Under the pieces are notes generated by a model. It saw only the letters and a program-made list of their open reading frames with translations, was not told the DNA's origin and did not search any database. A program made the position numbers and the translations under genes. Of a stretch of DNA of 64,000 nt, positions 19,594 through 29,292 are shown one piece after another. Within the stretch, counting starts at the first letter, position 1; each line of letters starts with the position of its first letter. This DNA is from Oceanispirochaeta sp. (GTDB lineage: Bacteria; Spirochaetota; Spirochaetia; DSM-2461): positions 96,001-160,000 of the forward strand of contig CAXXOA010000001.1 in NCBI GenBank assembly GCA_963666275.2. The letters are read 5' to 3'.

Positions 19594-20550
19594 ATGAAAA
19601 TAGTAGTATTAGACGGATACACTCTGAACCCGGGAGACCTTTCCTGGGAGGGAATGGAAGCTCTGGGTGAGTTTACCTGTTATGACCGGACCAAACCTGA
19701 AGAGATCTTGAGCCGTATTGGAGATGCCGATGCGGTGATTACCAACAAGACGCCTCTCAGCAGAGAAACCCTGGAGGCCTGTCCTTCCATTAAATACATC
19801 GGAGTGCTTGCCACAGGGTACAATGTGGTGGATGTGGCAGCTGCCGCTGAGAAGGGGATTCCCGTGTGCAATATCCCCACCTACGGAACCACCGCGGTGT
19901 CCCAGTTTGCCTTTGCTCTGCTGCTGAATATCTGCCACCATGTGCAGGACCACTCCAATTCGGTATACGCCGGAGACTGGGCGAACTGCAGTGACTGGAC
20001 CTACTGGAACTTTCCACTCACCGAGCTGGCGGGTAAGACCATGGGAATCATCGGTTACGGCCGGATCGGCCAGGCAACGGGAAAGATTGCTCAGGGATTC
20101 AGCATGAATGTGCTGGCCTTTGATGAGTATCAGAACAAGGATCTGGAGTGCGAGACCATGTCCTACGGGACCCTGGATGAAGTTCTCAGTCAGTCCGATG
20201 TGATTTCCCTGCACTGTCCTCTCTTTCCCTCAACCGAAGGGATCATCAACAAAGAGAACATTGCCAAAATGAAAGACGGTGTGATTCTTCTCAATACCTC
20301 AAGAGGTCCTCTTGTGGTGGAACAGGATCTGAAAGAGGCCCTGGACAGCGGCAAGATCCGGGCGGCCGGTCTGGATGTGGTCTCCACCGAGCCGATTAAG
20401 AGCGACAATGTTCTTCTGAAGGCAAAGAACTGCTTTATCACTCCCCATATCGCCTGGGCTCCCATTGAAGCCCGTTCCCGGCTGATGAACATCGCCGTGG
20501 ACAATCTGAAGGCCTTTGTGGATGGTAAGGTTATCAATAAGGTGAATTGA
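19594..20550 (+). CDS. D-2-hydroxyacid dehydrogenase (copy B)
   Basis: Translation identical to 8242-9198 from MKIVVLD onward. Confidence 0.92.
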   Translation: MKIVVLDGYTLNPGDLSWEGMEALGEFTCYDRTKPEEILSRIGDADAVITNKTPLSRETLEACPSIKYIGVLATGYNVVDVAAAAEKGIPVCNIPTYGTTAVSQFAFALLLNICHHVQDHSNSVYAGDWANCSDWTYWNFPLTELAGKTMGIIGYGRIGQATGKIAQGFSMNVLAFDEYQNKDLECETMSYGTLDEVLSQSDVISLHCPLFPSTEGIINKENIAKMKDGVILLNTSRGPLVVEQDLKEALDSGKIRAAGLDVVSTEPIKSDNVLLKAKNCFITPHIAWAPIEARSRLMNIAVDNLKAFVDGKVINKVN

Positions 20551-20593
20551 ACAGGCTTTCGGCGCCCCGGAGAAACCGGGGTGCCCGGCTGTA

Positions 20594-21445
20594 TCAGATT
20601 TTCCGGCTGTCCAGAGCTGTACGGGTCTTTTTCATATTGGAGAGGGCCTTATCATAGTTCTGAAGGACCGTTCCCATGAAAAGGGCATCAATTATGGTCA
20701 GCTCTGCAATTCTGGAAGAGAGGGCTTCTGTTTTGAATTCCGTTTCGGCAGACGCTGTGAACAGGGGAATGTCACTGTACTTCAGGATCGGGCAGCGGCT
20801 GTAGTTGGTTATGGTTATGACTTTGGCTCCCGCTTCCTTGGCAATGGAGGCGACGTCAATAGTTGTTCCCGAAGCTCCCGAGTGGGAAATAGCTATGACC
20901 ACATCGTTCTTTCCCAGTATAGAGGCGGCCATGGCCTGTATGTTGGCATCTGTTGAAGAGATGGGAGGATAACCGATCCTGACAAATTTATGCTGACCGT
21001 CCTGGGCTATGATGTTGGAACCGCCCACACCGAAGAAGAGCAGCCGATCCGCCTGGATGATCAGATTTACGGCTTTTTCAATGTTCTTTTTATTTATCAC
21101 CGAAAGGGTATCTTTTAAAGCCTGCATGTTCGAGTGAAAAACTTTTTCAACAATAGTTGGGACTGTATCACCGGGTGCCAGCTTTTCAAAAATCTGCATG
21201 GAAGGTTCAATGACATCCTGAGCGATACTGATTTTCATGGCCTGGAACCCTTTGTATCCCAGTTTCTTTGCCAGTCTGACAAGTGAGGCTTCACTGGTGC
21301 TGCAGAGTTCAGCAACTTCTGTGATAGAGGAGTGGATAACATTTTTGCTGTTTTCCTGAATATAGGTACAGAGCTGTTTCTCCTTTGTACTCAGACTGTT
21401 CTGTTCCATAGAGATCCGGATGGCGAAACTCACTTTATCTGTCAT
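20594..21445 (-). CDS. RpiR/MurR-family transcriptional regulator (third, distinct)
   Basis: TSEASLVRLAKKLGYKGFQ HTH; FFGVGGS and AISHSG SIS motifs. Confidence 0.92.
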   Translation of the reverse strand: MTDKVSFAIRISMEQNSLSTKEKQLCTYIQENSKNVIHSSITEVAELCSTSEASLVRLAKKLGYKGFQAMKISIAQDVIEPSMQIFEKLAPGDTVPTIVEKVFHSNMQALKDTLSVINKKNIEKAVNLIIQADRLLFFGVGGSNIIAQDGQHKFVRIGYPPISSTDANIQAMAASILGKNDVVIAISHSGASGTTIDVASIAKEAGAKVITITNYSRCPILKYSDIPLFTASAETEFKTEALSSRIAELTIIDALFMGTVLQNYDKALSNMKKTRTALDSRKI

Positions 21446-21756
21446 GGCGTAAAGATCCTTCTAATATGAAAATTATTTTCAAGATTTATTCTTTTATATG
21501 GTACTGTCTCGAGGGATAGCTAAAGAAACTGTAGCTTTATTTCCCGGTTTTGACAATAAAAATCCCCGGGCTTCAGGGTATTTCTCCGGGATTTTGTAAA
21601 AAGGTGAAAATTTGAATCAGAAATAAGTGAAAAAAACTTTCGTAAAGGATGCCTTGCTATTGAAGAAATTTTAGTTATGATGTAGCTTTATATCAACAAA
21701 AACCCAGTGAATCTAATTTTAAAAGGATGCCCAGGAGCATTCTGTAGGAGATATTT

Positions 21757-22557
21757 ATGAGTGTTGGAAAGAAAGTAAGATTAGCAAGGCTTCTTCATGA
21801 AGAAAACGGCCGACTTCTGGCTATAACAATGGATCATCCCATTACCAGGGGTGTCCTGCCCGGTCTGGAAAATATCAGAAAAACGATGGAGCTGGTTGTC
21901 GCAGGCCGCCCCGATGCCATTACCATTCAGAAAGGAATCGCCAGGAGCGTATTCCCTCCCTATGCCGGTAAAGTGGCTCTGATTATGAAATCCACCAGTT
22001 ACTCTATCCCTTATCACCCCAATTTTGATACACCTGTAGCGGATGTGGAAGAAGCTGTGGAACTGGGTGCCGATGCCATTTCTGTGGGTATGATTATGGG
22101 CGGTCCCGAACAGGCTCAGCAGCTGTCCAATCTGGGACGGATCAGCAGGGAAGCGGAAAAAGCAGGAATGCCTCTGGTGGCCCATATCTATCCCAAAGGG
22201 TCAATGGTTCAGAATCCCAATGACGCGGATGCCCTGGCCTACTGTGTAAGAGCCGGTGCGGAACTGGGAGTGGATATTATCAAGACTCTCTGGAGCGGTT
22301 CTGCAGAGACTTTTCAGAAAGTTATTGAATCCTGTCCGGCAAAGGTCTGTCTGGCCGGAGGATCTGCCGGAAACGACCTGAAATCCTATCTGCAGATGAC
22401 CCGTGACGGTCTGGATATCGGCCTTGCCGGTGTTACCTACGGACGGAGCGTCTGGCAGGATCCCAACCCCACAGCGGTTGTGAAAAGTCTGAAAGCCATG
22501 ATCCATGACGATGTGACTGTAGAAGAAGCATTAGAAGTATATAATCAGAATAAATAA
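21757..22557 (+). CDS. Class I aldolase, DhnA/LsrF family
   Basis: MDHP, VEEAVELGADA, AELGVDIIKT (Schiff-base Lys), AGG and YGRSVWQ motifs. Confidence 0.88.
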   Translation: MSVGKKVRLARLLHEENGRLLAITMDHPITRGVLPGLENIRKTMELVVAGRPDAITIQKGIARSVFPPYAGKVALIMKSTSYSIPYHPNFDTPVADVEEAVELGADAISVGMIMGGPEQAQQLSNLGRISREAEKAGMPLVAHIYPKGSMVQNPNDADALAYCVRAGAELGVDIIKTLWSGSAETFQKVIESCPAKVCLAGGSAGNDLKSYLQMTRDGLDIGLAGVTYGRSVWQDPNPTAVVKSLKAMIHDDVTVEEALEVYNQNK

Positions 22558-22583
22558 TACTTTTCAGGAGTAGAAAACTGCCT

Positions 22584-23621
22584 ATGAAAGCCGGTGTATT
22601 TACACAAATAGATAAAATGGAAGTTCAGGAGTGGAAGAAACCTGTTATTGAATCGGGGGATGTCCTGATTCAGGTCAAAGCTGCGGCTCTCTGCGGCACA
22701 GATCTGAGAATCTTCCACGGGAAAAAGACAAAGGGCGTCCGGATGCCATCCATTATCGGTCATGAAGTTTCCGGTGTGGTTGTTGAAGCCGGAAAAGATG
22801 TTAAAACCCTTTCCGTCGGAGACAGAGTCTGTGTTGATCCTGTGCTCCCCTGCGGAGAGTGCGCCTATTGTATGAACGGAATGGAAAATGTCTGTCAGAA
22901 CAGGGTCGCCATTGGATATGAGTACGATGGATGCTTTGCCGAGTATATGCGTATACCCGGTCAGTTTATCAGACGGCAGAATGTACAGAAACTCCCCGAT
23001 TCGGTTTCCTGGATCGGCGGGGCTCTGGCCGAACCTCTCGGCTGTGTTATTAATGGCCAGAGAAAACTGAATATCACTCCCGGGGACAATGTGGTTATCC
23101 TGGGAACCGGACCTATCGGCCTGATGCACTGTATGCTGGCAAAAGCTTCCGGTGCGGCTAAAGTCTTTGTCAGTGAGCCGGCGGAAATGCGCCGGAATAT
23201 GGCTGCCGACTTTGGAGCGGATATTCTTGTAGATCCTCTGAAAGAGTCTCTGGAAGAGGTCGTTCTGGCTAATACCTCCGGATTGGGAGCCGACGTGGTT
23301 ATTATGGCCATCGGGATTCCCGCTCTGGCTAATGATGCCCTGAAAATCGCAAGAAAGGGCGGAAGGGTCAGTTTCTTCGCCGGCTTTTCCAAAGGGGATA
23401 TGCCTCCGGTGGATGTGAATCTGATCCATTACAATGAGCTGTATGTCTCCGGCTCCTCTTCTCTACAGAGGAAGGACCTGCAGACCGCCCTGGCTCTGAT
23501 TGCCAGTAAAGCCATAGATGTGGAAAAACTGGCAACCCATAAGTTTCCTCTGGATAAAATCGAAGATGCCTTTGCCGCTGCAGAAAGCGGGCAGGCTCTG
23601 AAGGTGATTCTGGAAGGATGA
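22584..23621 (+). CDS. Zinc-dependent (polyol/sugar) dehydrogenase
   Basis: LCGTD, GHE, structural Zn site CGECAYC...C and GTGPIG motifs. Confidence 0.92.
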   Translation: MKAGVFTQIDKMEVQEWKKPVIESGDVLIQVKAAALCGTDLRIFHGKKTKGVRMPSIIGHEVSGVVVEAGKDVKTLSVGDRVCVDPVLPCGECAYCMNGMENVCQNRVAIGYEYDGCFAEYMRIPGQFIRRQNVQKLPDSVSWIGGALAEPLGCVINGQRKLNITPGDNVVILGTGPIGLMHCMLAKASGAAKVFVSEPAEMRRNMAADFGADILVDPLKESLEEVVLANTSGLGADVVIMAIGIPALANDALKIARKGGRVSFFAGFSKGDMPPVDVNLIHYNELYVSGSSSLQRKDLQTALALIASKAIDVEKLATHKFPLDKIEDAFAAAESGQALKVILEG

Positions 23622-25108
23622 AAAAAAAGGCCCTCCTCGGTATTGATGCAGGCAGCAGCAGTGTAAAAATCTGTTCCTTTGCTCCGGACGGATCGATGCT
23701 TCAAAGCATTAATCGACCTGTTACGCTGCAGTTTGAACCGGGAGGGTCGGTTTCGTTTGAACCCGAAGCCTACTGGCATCTCTGCTGTTCTATTATAAAA
23801 GAGATGCTCTGTCCGGGTGATCTGGATGTTCAGGGAATCGGGTTCTCCACAGCCTGTCCATCCATGGTCTTTATGGATCATCGATTTGCTCCCGTTCGGC
23901 CCGGAATCCCCTATCTGGATAACCGGGCTTCCCGGCAGGTGAAGAGACTCAGGGAGAAGGGACTCCGTCTTGATAATCCCTACTCAGTCTCTTCCTGCAG
24001 CATAGCCAATGCCATGTGGGTCCGGGAGAATGAACCTGAAACCTGGGGGAACACTGATTCGGTCGGAATGCTCAACAGTTACCTTGCCGGTAATCTTACA
24101 GGACAGGCCGCTGTGGACTGGACTCAGGCTTCCTATTCGGGGATTTTTGATCTGAAAGCCCCCGGTCTCTGGGATCAGTCCTCTCTTGCCCTAACGGGAA
24201 TCGAAGAGGAAAAGCTCCTTCCCCCGGCAAAGCCCTTTGACAGGATAGGGACAGTGAACTCTGCCGCCTCCAGGCTTACGGGGCTTCCCGAAGGCTGCCC
24301 TGTAGCCTTAGGTGCCGCAGACACGGCGGCTGCCGCGTTTGCGGTGGGGCTGGAGGAACCCGGATGGGCCTTTGAGTCTGTGGGGACTTCGGGAGTTCTC
24401 ACTTTTGTTCTGGATAAACCGGATTTTGATCCGGTCTTTATGAACCGCTGTCATGTCTATCCCGGAAAATGGCTGGCCCACGGGGCTATGTCTCTTATGG
24501 GCGGAGCACTCGAGTGGGTGAGGAAAAAAATATGGGATGAGTATTCCACACCCTCCGAAATGGACGCGGTCCTCTCCGAATCCCGGCCCGGTGCGGGAGG
24601 CGTTGTGTTTCTTCCCTATCTGGCTGGAGAAAGGTCTCCTGTCTGGGATCCTGATGCCGTGGGAGTCTGGTACGGACTGACCCTGGCCTCGTCAAAAGCA
24701 GATATGATTGAGGCTGTTTATGAGTCTTCCGCCTACGGAATGAAGCAGATCCTGGATATAGCTTCAGAGAAGTTCGGCTGTCAACCGGGATCAATACTGG
24801 CTGTGGGAAACGGTACAAAAGGAGAATGCTGGAACCAGATCAAGGCGGATGTCCTTCAGGTGCCGTATTATCCCGTTCAAAATGCTGATGCTGCGGCTTT
24901 TGGCGCCGCTATGATGGGGGGAATTGCGTCCGGCCTGTTTTCGGGGCCTTATGATCCGCAGATACCCCAACTGCAGAAAAGCGGTAAAGAATACCTTCCC
25001 TGCGGCAACGACTTGTTCAGAGAGTATGAAAAGTCCTACAGGGTATACATCTCCCTTTACCCTGCCTTAAAGTCTATTCACGGGAATCCGGAAGAGCCGA
25101 CTTCATAG
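23618..25108 (+). CDS. FGGY-family carbohydrate kinase (xylulokinase-like)
   Basis: GIDAGSSSVK, GTSG and FLPYLAGERSP motifs. Confidence 0.9.
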   Translation: MKKKALLGIDAGSSSVKICSFAPDGSMLQSINRPVTLQFEPGGSVSFEPEAYWHLCCSIIKEMLCPGDLDVQGIGFSTACPSMVFMDHRFAPVRPGIPYLDNRASRQVKRLREKGLRLDNPYSVSSCSIANAMWVRENEPETWGNTDSVGMLNSYLAGNLTGQAAVDWTQASYSGIFDLKAPGLWDQSSLALTGIEEEKLLPPAKPFDRIGTVNSAASRLTGLPEGCPVALGAADTAAAAFAVGLEEPGWAFESVGTSGVLTFVLDKPDFDPVFMNRCHVYPGKWLAHGAMSLMGGALEWVRKKIWDEYSTPSEMDAVLSESRPGAGGVVFLPYLAGERSPVWDPDAVGVWYGLTLASSKADMIEAVYESSAYGMKQILDIASEKFGCQPGSILAVGNGTKGECWNQIKADVLQVPYYPVQNADAAAFGAAMMGGIASGLFSGPYDPQIPQLQKSGKEYLPCGNDLFREYEKSYRVYISLYPALKSIHGNPEEPTS

Positions 25109-25115
25109 ATAAGTG

Positions 25116-26303
25116 TTATCTCTGGGGAAATGTGAGAGTCGCCAGGCAGCCGTTTTCGCTGTTGATAATGGAAAAGTTCCCTTTGAATTCCTCTTTCATA
25201 AGAATCTCAACAGCTGTCAGTCCCAGTCCTATATGATTTTTTCTTGTTGTAAAGAAAGGCTGGGAAATCCTATGGGCATTGTCTTCGAGAAAGCCTCCCC
25301 CATTGTCCTGGAGGGTTATTTTCAGTTCCTTGTCGGCCCTCTCCATGGAAATCACAATGGCTGGCTCGGTATTGCGGAACCGGGCCGCATCCATGGCGTT
25401 GTCAATCAGGCTTAAAAGAACCTGCATAAACCTCTCTTCCGATCCGACCACATAGGGGTTGGAAAACTCATCAGGCTCAAAGTTTATATTCTCTGGAAAA
25501 GCGGAAACAAGTGTTTTCAGCATCGAGACAGGAAGTACATCCTGAACACCCGCCGTATAGTCTTCGGCTCTTATTTCTGAAGTCAGGTCCACAATTTTAA
25601 ACTGATTGTTCTGCATATCCTCATAGAGGGTATGCAGGATTCCGGTCAGATCCGGATTTGTTTTATCCTTGTTCACTTTATTCAGCTTGTCTTTTACAAG
25701 ATTCTGAGAGTTCGTATCCAGACTGAGAATCAGCTCCTCCATGTGGCTGATGTAATCAGTCAGGAGAGGCAGCGTCCGGGTGATGGTATTCAGCTGATCT
25801 TCCAGGTCATCCAGTTTTTCGCAGGTCCGGTTCTTGAAAAAATCGAAATAGAGTTTTGTGTTCTGGGTTCTATTATCGCAGAAAAGAGGGCAGTTCGCTG
25901 TATCAGACACGGCTCTTCCCGCAGTGGCCGTAGACGTTCCGGGGAGTACTTTTGCAATTCTCTCAGTGACTTCCTCTTTTTCAAAAGGTTTTAAAATATA
26001 CCCCTGTCCTCCCAGTTCGTAACTTTTTATAACACTCTGTTTGTCTGCCTTGGCTGTAATAAACAGGATAGGAATAGGGGCCAGGACAGGATTGCTTTTG
26101 ATCCTTTTACAGACTTCGAAACCATCCATTCCGGGCATCATAATATCGAGCAGAATGAGGTCAGGACGGGATTTCTCCAGAATTTTGAGGGCTTCGGCCC
26201 CGCTTGTGGCAAAACTCAGAGAATAGATATCCTGAAGCATATTCCCCAGAAGTTTCAGGTTGGGAACAGTATCATCAACAAGAAGCAGCTTTTTTTTAGG
26301 CAT
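25116..26303 (-). CDS. Response regulator receiver fused to a HATPase_c domain
   Basis: LLVDD...LLDIMMP...KPF receiver; DNAMDA, DNGGG, FFTT and GLGL boxes; ATG at 26303 overlaps the upstream gene. Confidence 0.85.
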   Translation of the reverse strand: MPKKKLLLVDDTVPNLKLLGNMLQDIYSLSFATSGAEALKILEKSRPDLILLDIMMPGMDGFEVCKRIKSNPVLAPIPILFITAKADKQSVIKSYELGGQGYILKPFEKEEVTERIAKVLPGTSTATAGRAVSDTANCPLFCDNRTQNTKLYFDFFKNRTCEKLDDLEDQLNTITRTLPLLTDYISHMEELILSLDTNSQNLVKDKLNKVNKDKTNPDLTGILHTLYEDMQNNQFKIVDLTSEIRAEDYTAGVQDVLPVSMLKTLVSAFPENINFEPDEFSNPYVVGSEERFMQVLLSLIDNAMDAARFRNTEPAIVISMERADKELKITLQDNGGGFLEDNAHRISQPFFTTRKNHIGLGLTAVEILMKEEFKGNFSIINSENGCLATLTFPQR

Positions 26304-29226
26304 GCATTTCTCCCCTTTGGTTTTCAAGATGTTCTGCCAGTTCATCCATCCTGGCATTCATTATCTCAATTTCAAATTCCTGCAGGGCATGGGATAGTTC
26401 TCCGGCAAACTGACGTACCTGATCATCCTTTTTCTCCATAAGTTCGATCATTTCCATTATATCACTGCTGTCTCTGCTGTCGAGAGCCCTTCTGACAATG
26501 GAAATCTCCTCTTTGCTGAAGCTCTGCAGATTCATCCTGTTGCGGGCGTTCATCTCAGGACGGAGTTCTGACAGGTAGGATCTGACTTTGGCTAAAAATT
26601 TGTATTTCGGAATGCCGTCGGCAATGGTCTTTGTATTTTTTGTGATTCTGATGGCGTCCTTCTCGCTGTCCGAGCAGACATAAATAACCGGTATTCCCGC
26701 CGGAAGAGTCTGTCCCTTTCTGTATCTTATAATAAGAAATCCGAAATTGTCTGGAAGGTTTTTCAGTCCCGGGATATCCTTTTCGTCAATTTTCCGGATG
26801 GAGAAGTCCCAATCTTCCGGCCGGGAGTCGGTTCCGCTAAAATCCAGAGTGCTGTAGCAAACCGGTGAATCCAGAAAGATCTCAGGCATGGATTCCCATT
26901 GTACTCCGGGGAGTTTGTTTTCTGAAGGCTCTTCTAAAGGAAGGGTCAGGTTAAAAGAGCTTCCTCTGTTCAGCTCGCTGCTGAGGGATATTTTCCCCTT
27001 CATAAGACTTATAAGCTGCTTTGTAATAGCCAGACCGAGACCGGTTCCTTCAAAATTCCTTTTATCCGCTTTTTCCTGCTGTTCAAAAGGATTGAAAATC
27101 ATTTCATGGTCCGATGGGGGGATACCGATTCCTGTATCGATAATCCTGATTTCCAGCAGCCTGTCACCGTCCCGGTAGGACAGTTCCACCGAAACAAAAC
27201 CGCTGGGTGTGAATTTCAGGGCATTTCCCACAAGGTTTATCAGGATCTGTCGGATTCGAACAGGATCATTGAGAAACGTTTCGGGAAGTCCCGCTTTCAT
27301 CAGGATCCGGAAGGAAAGATGGCGCTCTTTTGCCTGGAAGCTGAACATCTGGTAAATCTGCTCAAAGAATGTACGGGTTTCTATGGTGCTCCTGCTGATG
27401 GTCATCTTTCCCGCTTCAATTTTTGAAAAGTCCAGAATATCTGTGATCAGGCTCTTTAGAATTTCACTGCTGGATACCAGGTTTTTCAGGTATCCCTGTG
27501 CTTTGCCTTCGGTAATTTCTTCCGAGAGAAGTTTGGAAAATCCGATGATGCCGTTCAGTGGGGTCCGGATCTCATGGCTCATGTTGGCAACAAAGGAACT
27601 TTTCATGATAGAGGCTTTTTCGGCGTGATCTCTGGCGGAAATAATGGCCCTGCGGGCCTCTTTCATCTGGGTTATATCCAGACAGGTAAAGGCTATCCCC
27701 TCCGGATTAAGCGGATCTTCCCCATACATAACACTGTTCATTATGACAGTGAAGGGTTCCTGCATCATCGAGAGAAGATCCATTTCAATCTGTCCGGGAC
27801 TATGATCGCCTCTCTGGTAGGATATTCTGACGGACTCTTTGAGTTTTGCAAGGTTCTCACTGTCAAAGAGGATTTCAAGATTCTGTCCAGTCAGTGAGTA
27901 TTCGGGGTACTCGAAGAGTTCCTCCCAGTATCTGTTGCAGTAGTGGATCTGCCATTCCATATCAGTTATCAGGACTCCGTAGTTGGCGCTGTCGGCTACG
28001 GTTTTGAAGCGCAGGGCTTCTTTCTCACTTCTCCTCAGATCTGTGGTATTGATGAGGATAATCGTTACTCCGCTGATCTCTTTTTTTTCCGAATACAGGG
28101 GAGATATGATGGCGTCGTAGTACTGCTCGCTTCCGTTATCCAGAACATAGGAGAGCTCCGTATTGATAATCACCCCGTACAGAGCGTTCTGCAGATAATT
28201 TTTCATGTGGTTGTAGAAATCGGGATATCTCTGGATGCTTTCCAGATAGGAGGTCCCCTTTTCGGTTTCCACATTGAACTGCTTCTTCATAACATCCTGA
28301 TGATAGTGGTTGAATACCCGGTACCGGAAGTTCCTGTCCAGGGAAAAAATGCTCACTCCGATGGAGGTGTTCAGAATTGAGGATATTTCCGCTGTTGTCT
28401 CGTCCAGCTGCAGAGAGGTCTTTACAAGATTCTGTTCCAGTTTCTTTTTGTATTTTTCGAGTCTTCTGTCCTCAAGTCGCTGTTCTGTAATATCATCCAT
28501 AATACCCAGAATATTATTTATCTCGCTGGAGTCCTGTTTGATGGGGACAAGGTTCAGATTGAAATATCTTACTTTGGAATCGATGACAATTGTCAGTTCC
28601 GGCAGTTTGTATATCAGCCCTGTCCTTATGACTGATGAGATGGCATCGGAGATCTCATTGATTACACCTTCAAACGCAGGAACCTCAGCGAGGCTCTTTC
28701 CGAAAAGATCTTTCTCTTCAATGCCGAAGTATCTGACCATGGCAGGATTCCAGTGAGATATCTGAAATTCCCTGTCCAGAATGTCAATCAGAAGCACTCC
28801 GAGAGGGGTATGCCTTATGAGCTGGGAAAAAAACTGGATTTTCTGATTGAGTTCTCTCTTCTGAAGTTCCCTGTCGGTGATATTATGAAGAATTATGATG
28901 CTATGATCCACCACGGTCTTCTCGTACCGTGGAATGATCACCATATCCAGATAGGCCGGAGTGGAGAAGAGGGTAATCATAACCTTCTGATGCATTACTT
29001 TACCCGACTGGAAACACTCTTCAATGGGGGGGATAATCTGTTTCAGCTCATCCGGCAGGACGTCTCTGAGATCTCTTCCCGAAAAATCTCTACTGTCCTG
29101 AACCGTCAGCATCAGGAGGGTTTCAAAACTCTGATTTCCATAGCTAATAGAATATTCTCTGTTCACAACCAGTATGTGGTCATGAATAGAGTTTAATATA
29201 TCCTGGTAGAAATCCTGATGAGACAT
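26296..29226 (-). CDS. Multi-PAS cytoplasmic sensor histidine kinase
   Basis: Several PAS-like repeats; H-box MSHEIRTPLNG; NLVGNALKFT, DTGIGI and GTGLGL boxes. Confidence 0.92.
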   Translation of the reverse strand: MSHQDFYQDILNSIHDHILVVNREYSISYGNQSFETLLMLTVQDSRDFSGRDLRDVLPDELKQIIPPIEECFQSGKVMHQKVMITLFSTPAYLDMVIIPRYEKTVVDHSIIILHNITDRELQKRELNQKIQFFSQLIRHTPLGVLLIDILDREFQISHWNPAMVRYFGIEEKDLFGKSLAEVPAFEGVINEISDAISSVIRTGLIYKLPELTIVIDSKVRYFNLNLVPIKQDSSEINNILGIMDDITEQRLEDRRLEKYKKKLEQNLVKTSLQLDETTAEISSILNTSIGVSIFSLDRNFRYRVFNHYHQDVMKKQFNVETEKGTSYLESIQRYPDFYNHMKNYLQNALYGVIINTELSYVLDNGSEQYYDAIISPLYSEKKEISGVTIILINTTDLRRSEKEALRFKTVADSANYGVLITDMEWQIHYCNRYWEELFEYPEYSLTGQNLEILFDSENLAKLKESVRISYQRGDHSPGQIEMDLLSMMQEPFTVIMNSVMYGEDPLNPEGIAFTCLDITQMKEARRAIISARDHAEKASIMKSSFVANMSHEIRTPLNGIIGFSKLLSEEITEGKAQGYLKNLVSSSEILKSLITDILDFSKIEAGKMTISRSTIETRTFFEQIYQMFSFQAKERHLSFRILMKAGLPETFLNDPVRIRQILINLVGNALKFTPSGFVSVELSYRDGDRLLEIRIIDTGIGIPPSDHEMIFNPFEQQEKADKRNFEGTGLGLAITKQLISLMKGKISLSSELNRGSSFNLTLPLEEPSENKLPGVQWESMPEIFLDSPVCYSTLDFSGTDSRPEDWDFSIRKIDEKDIPGLKNLPDNFGFLIIRYRKGQTLPAGIPVIYVCSDSEKDAIRITKNTKTIADGIPKYKFLAKVRSYLSELRPEMNARNRMNLQSFSKEEISIVRRALDSRDSSDIMEMIELMEKKDDQVRQFAGELSHALQEFEIEIMNARMDELAEHLENQRGEMHA

Positions 29227-29292
29227 CTTTTACTTTTCTTCTTCTTTTCAAAAAAGTCTAATTGTTCATAGAGGGGAATGCAAATCCTCTCT

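Noticed and set aside
3483..20537. Long antisense ORFs (e.g. 3483-4541, 4956-6005, 6540-7292, 16182-17231)
   Set aside because: Shadow frames of well-supported genes. Their recurrence in both copies only reflects the duplication.
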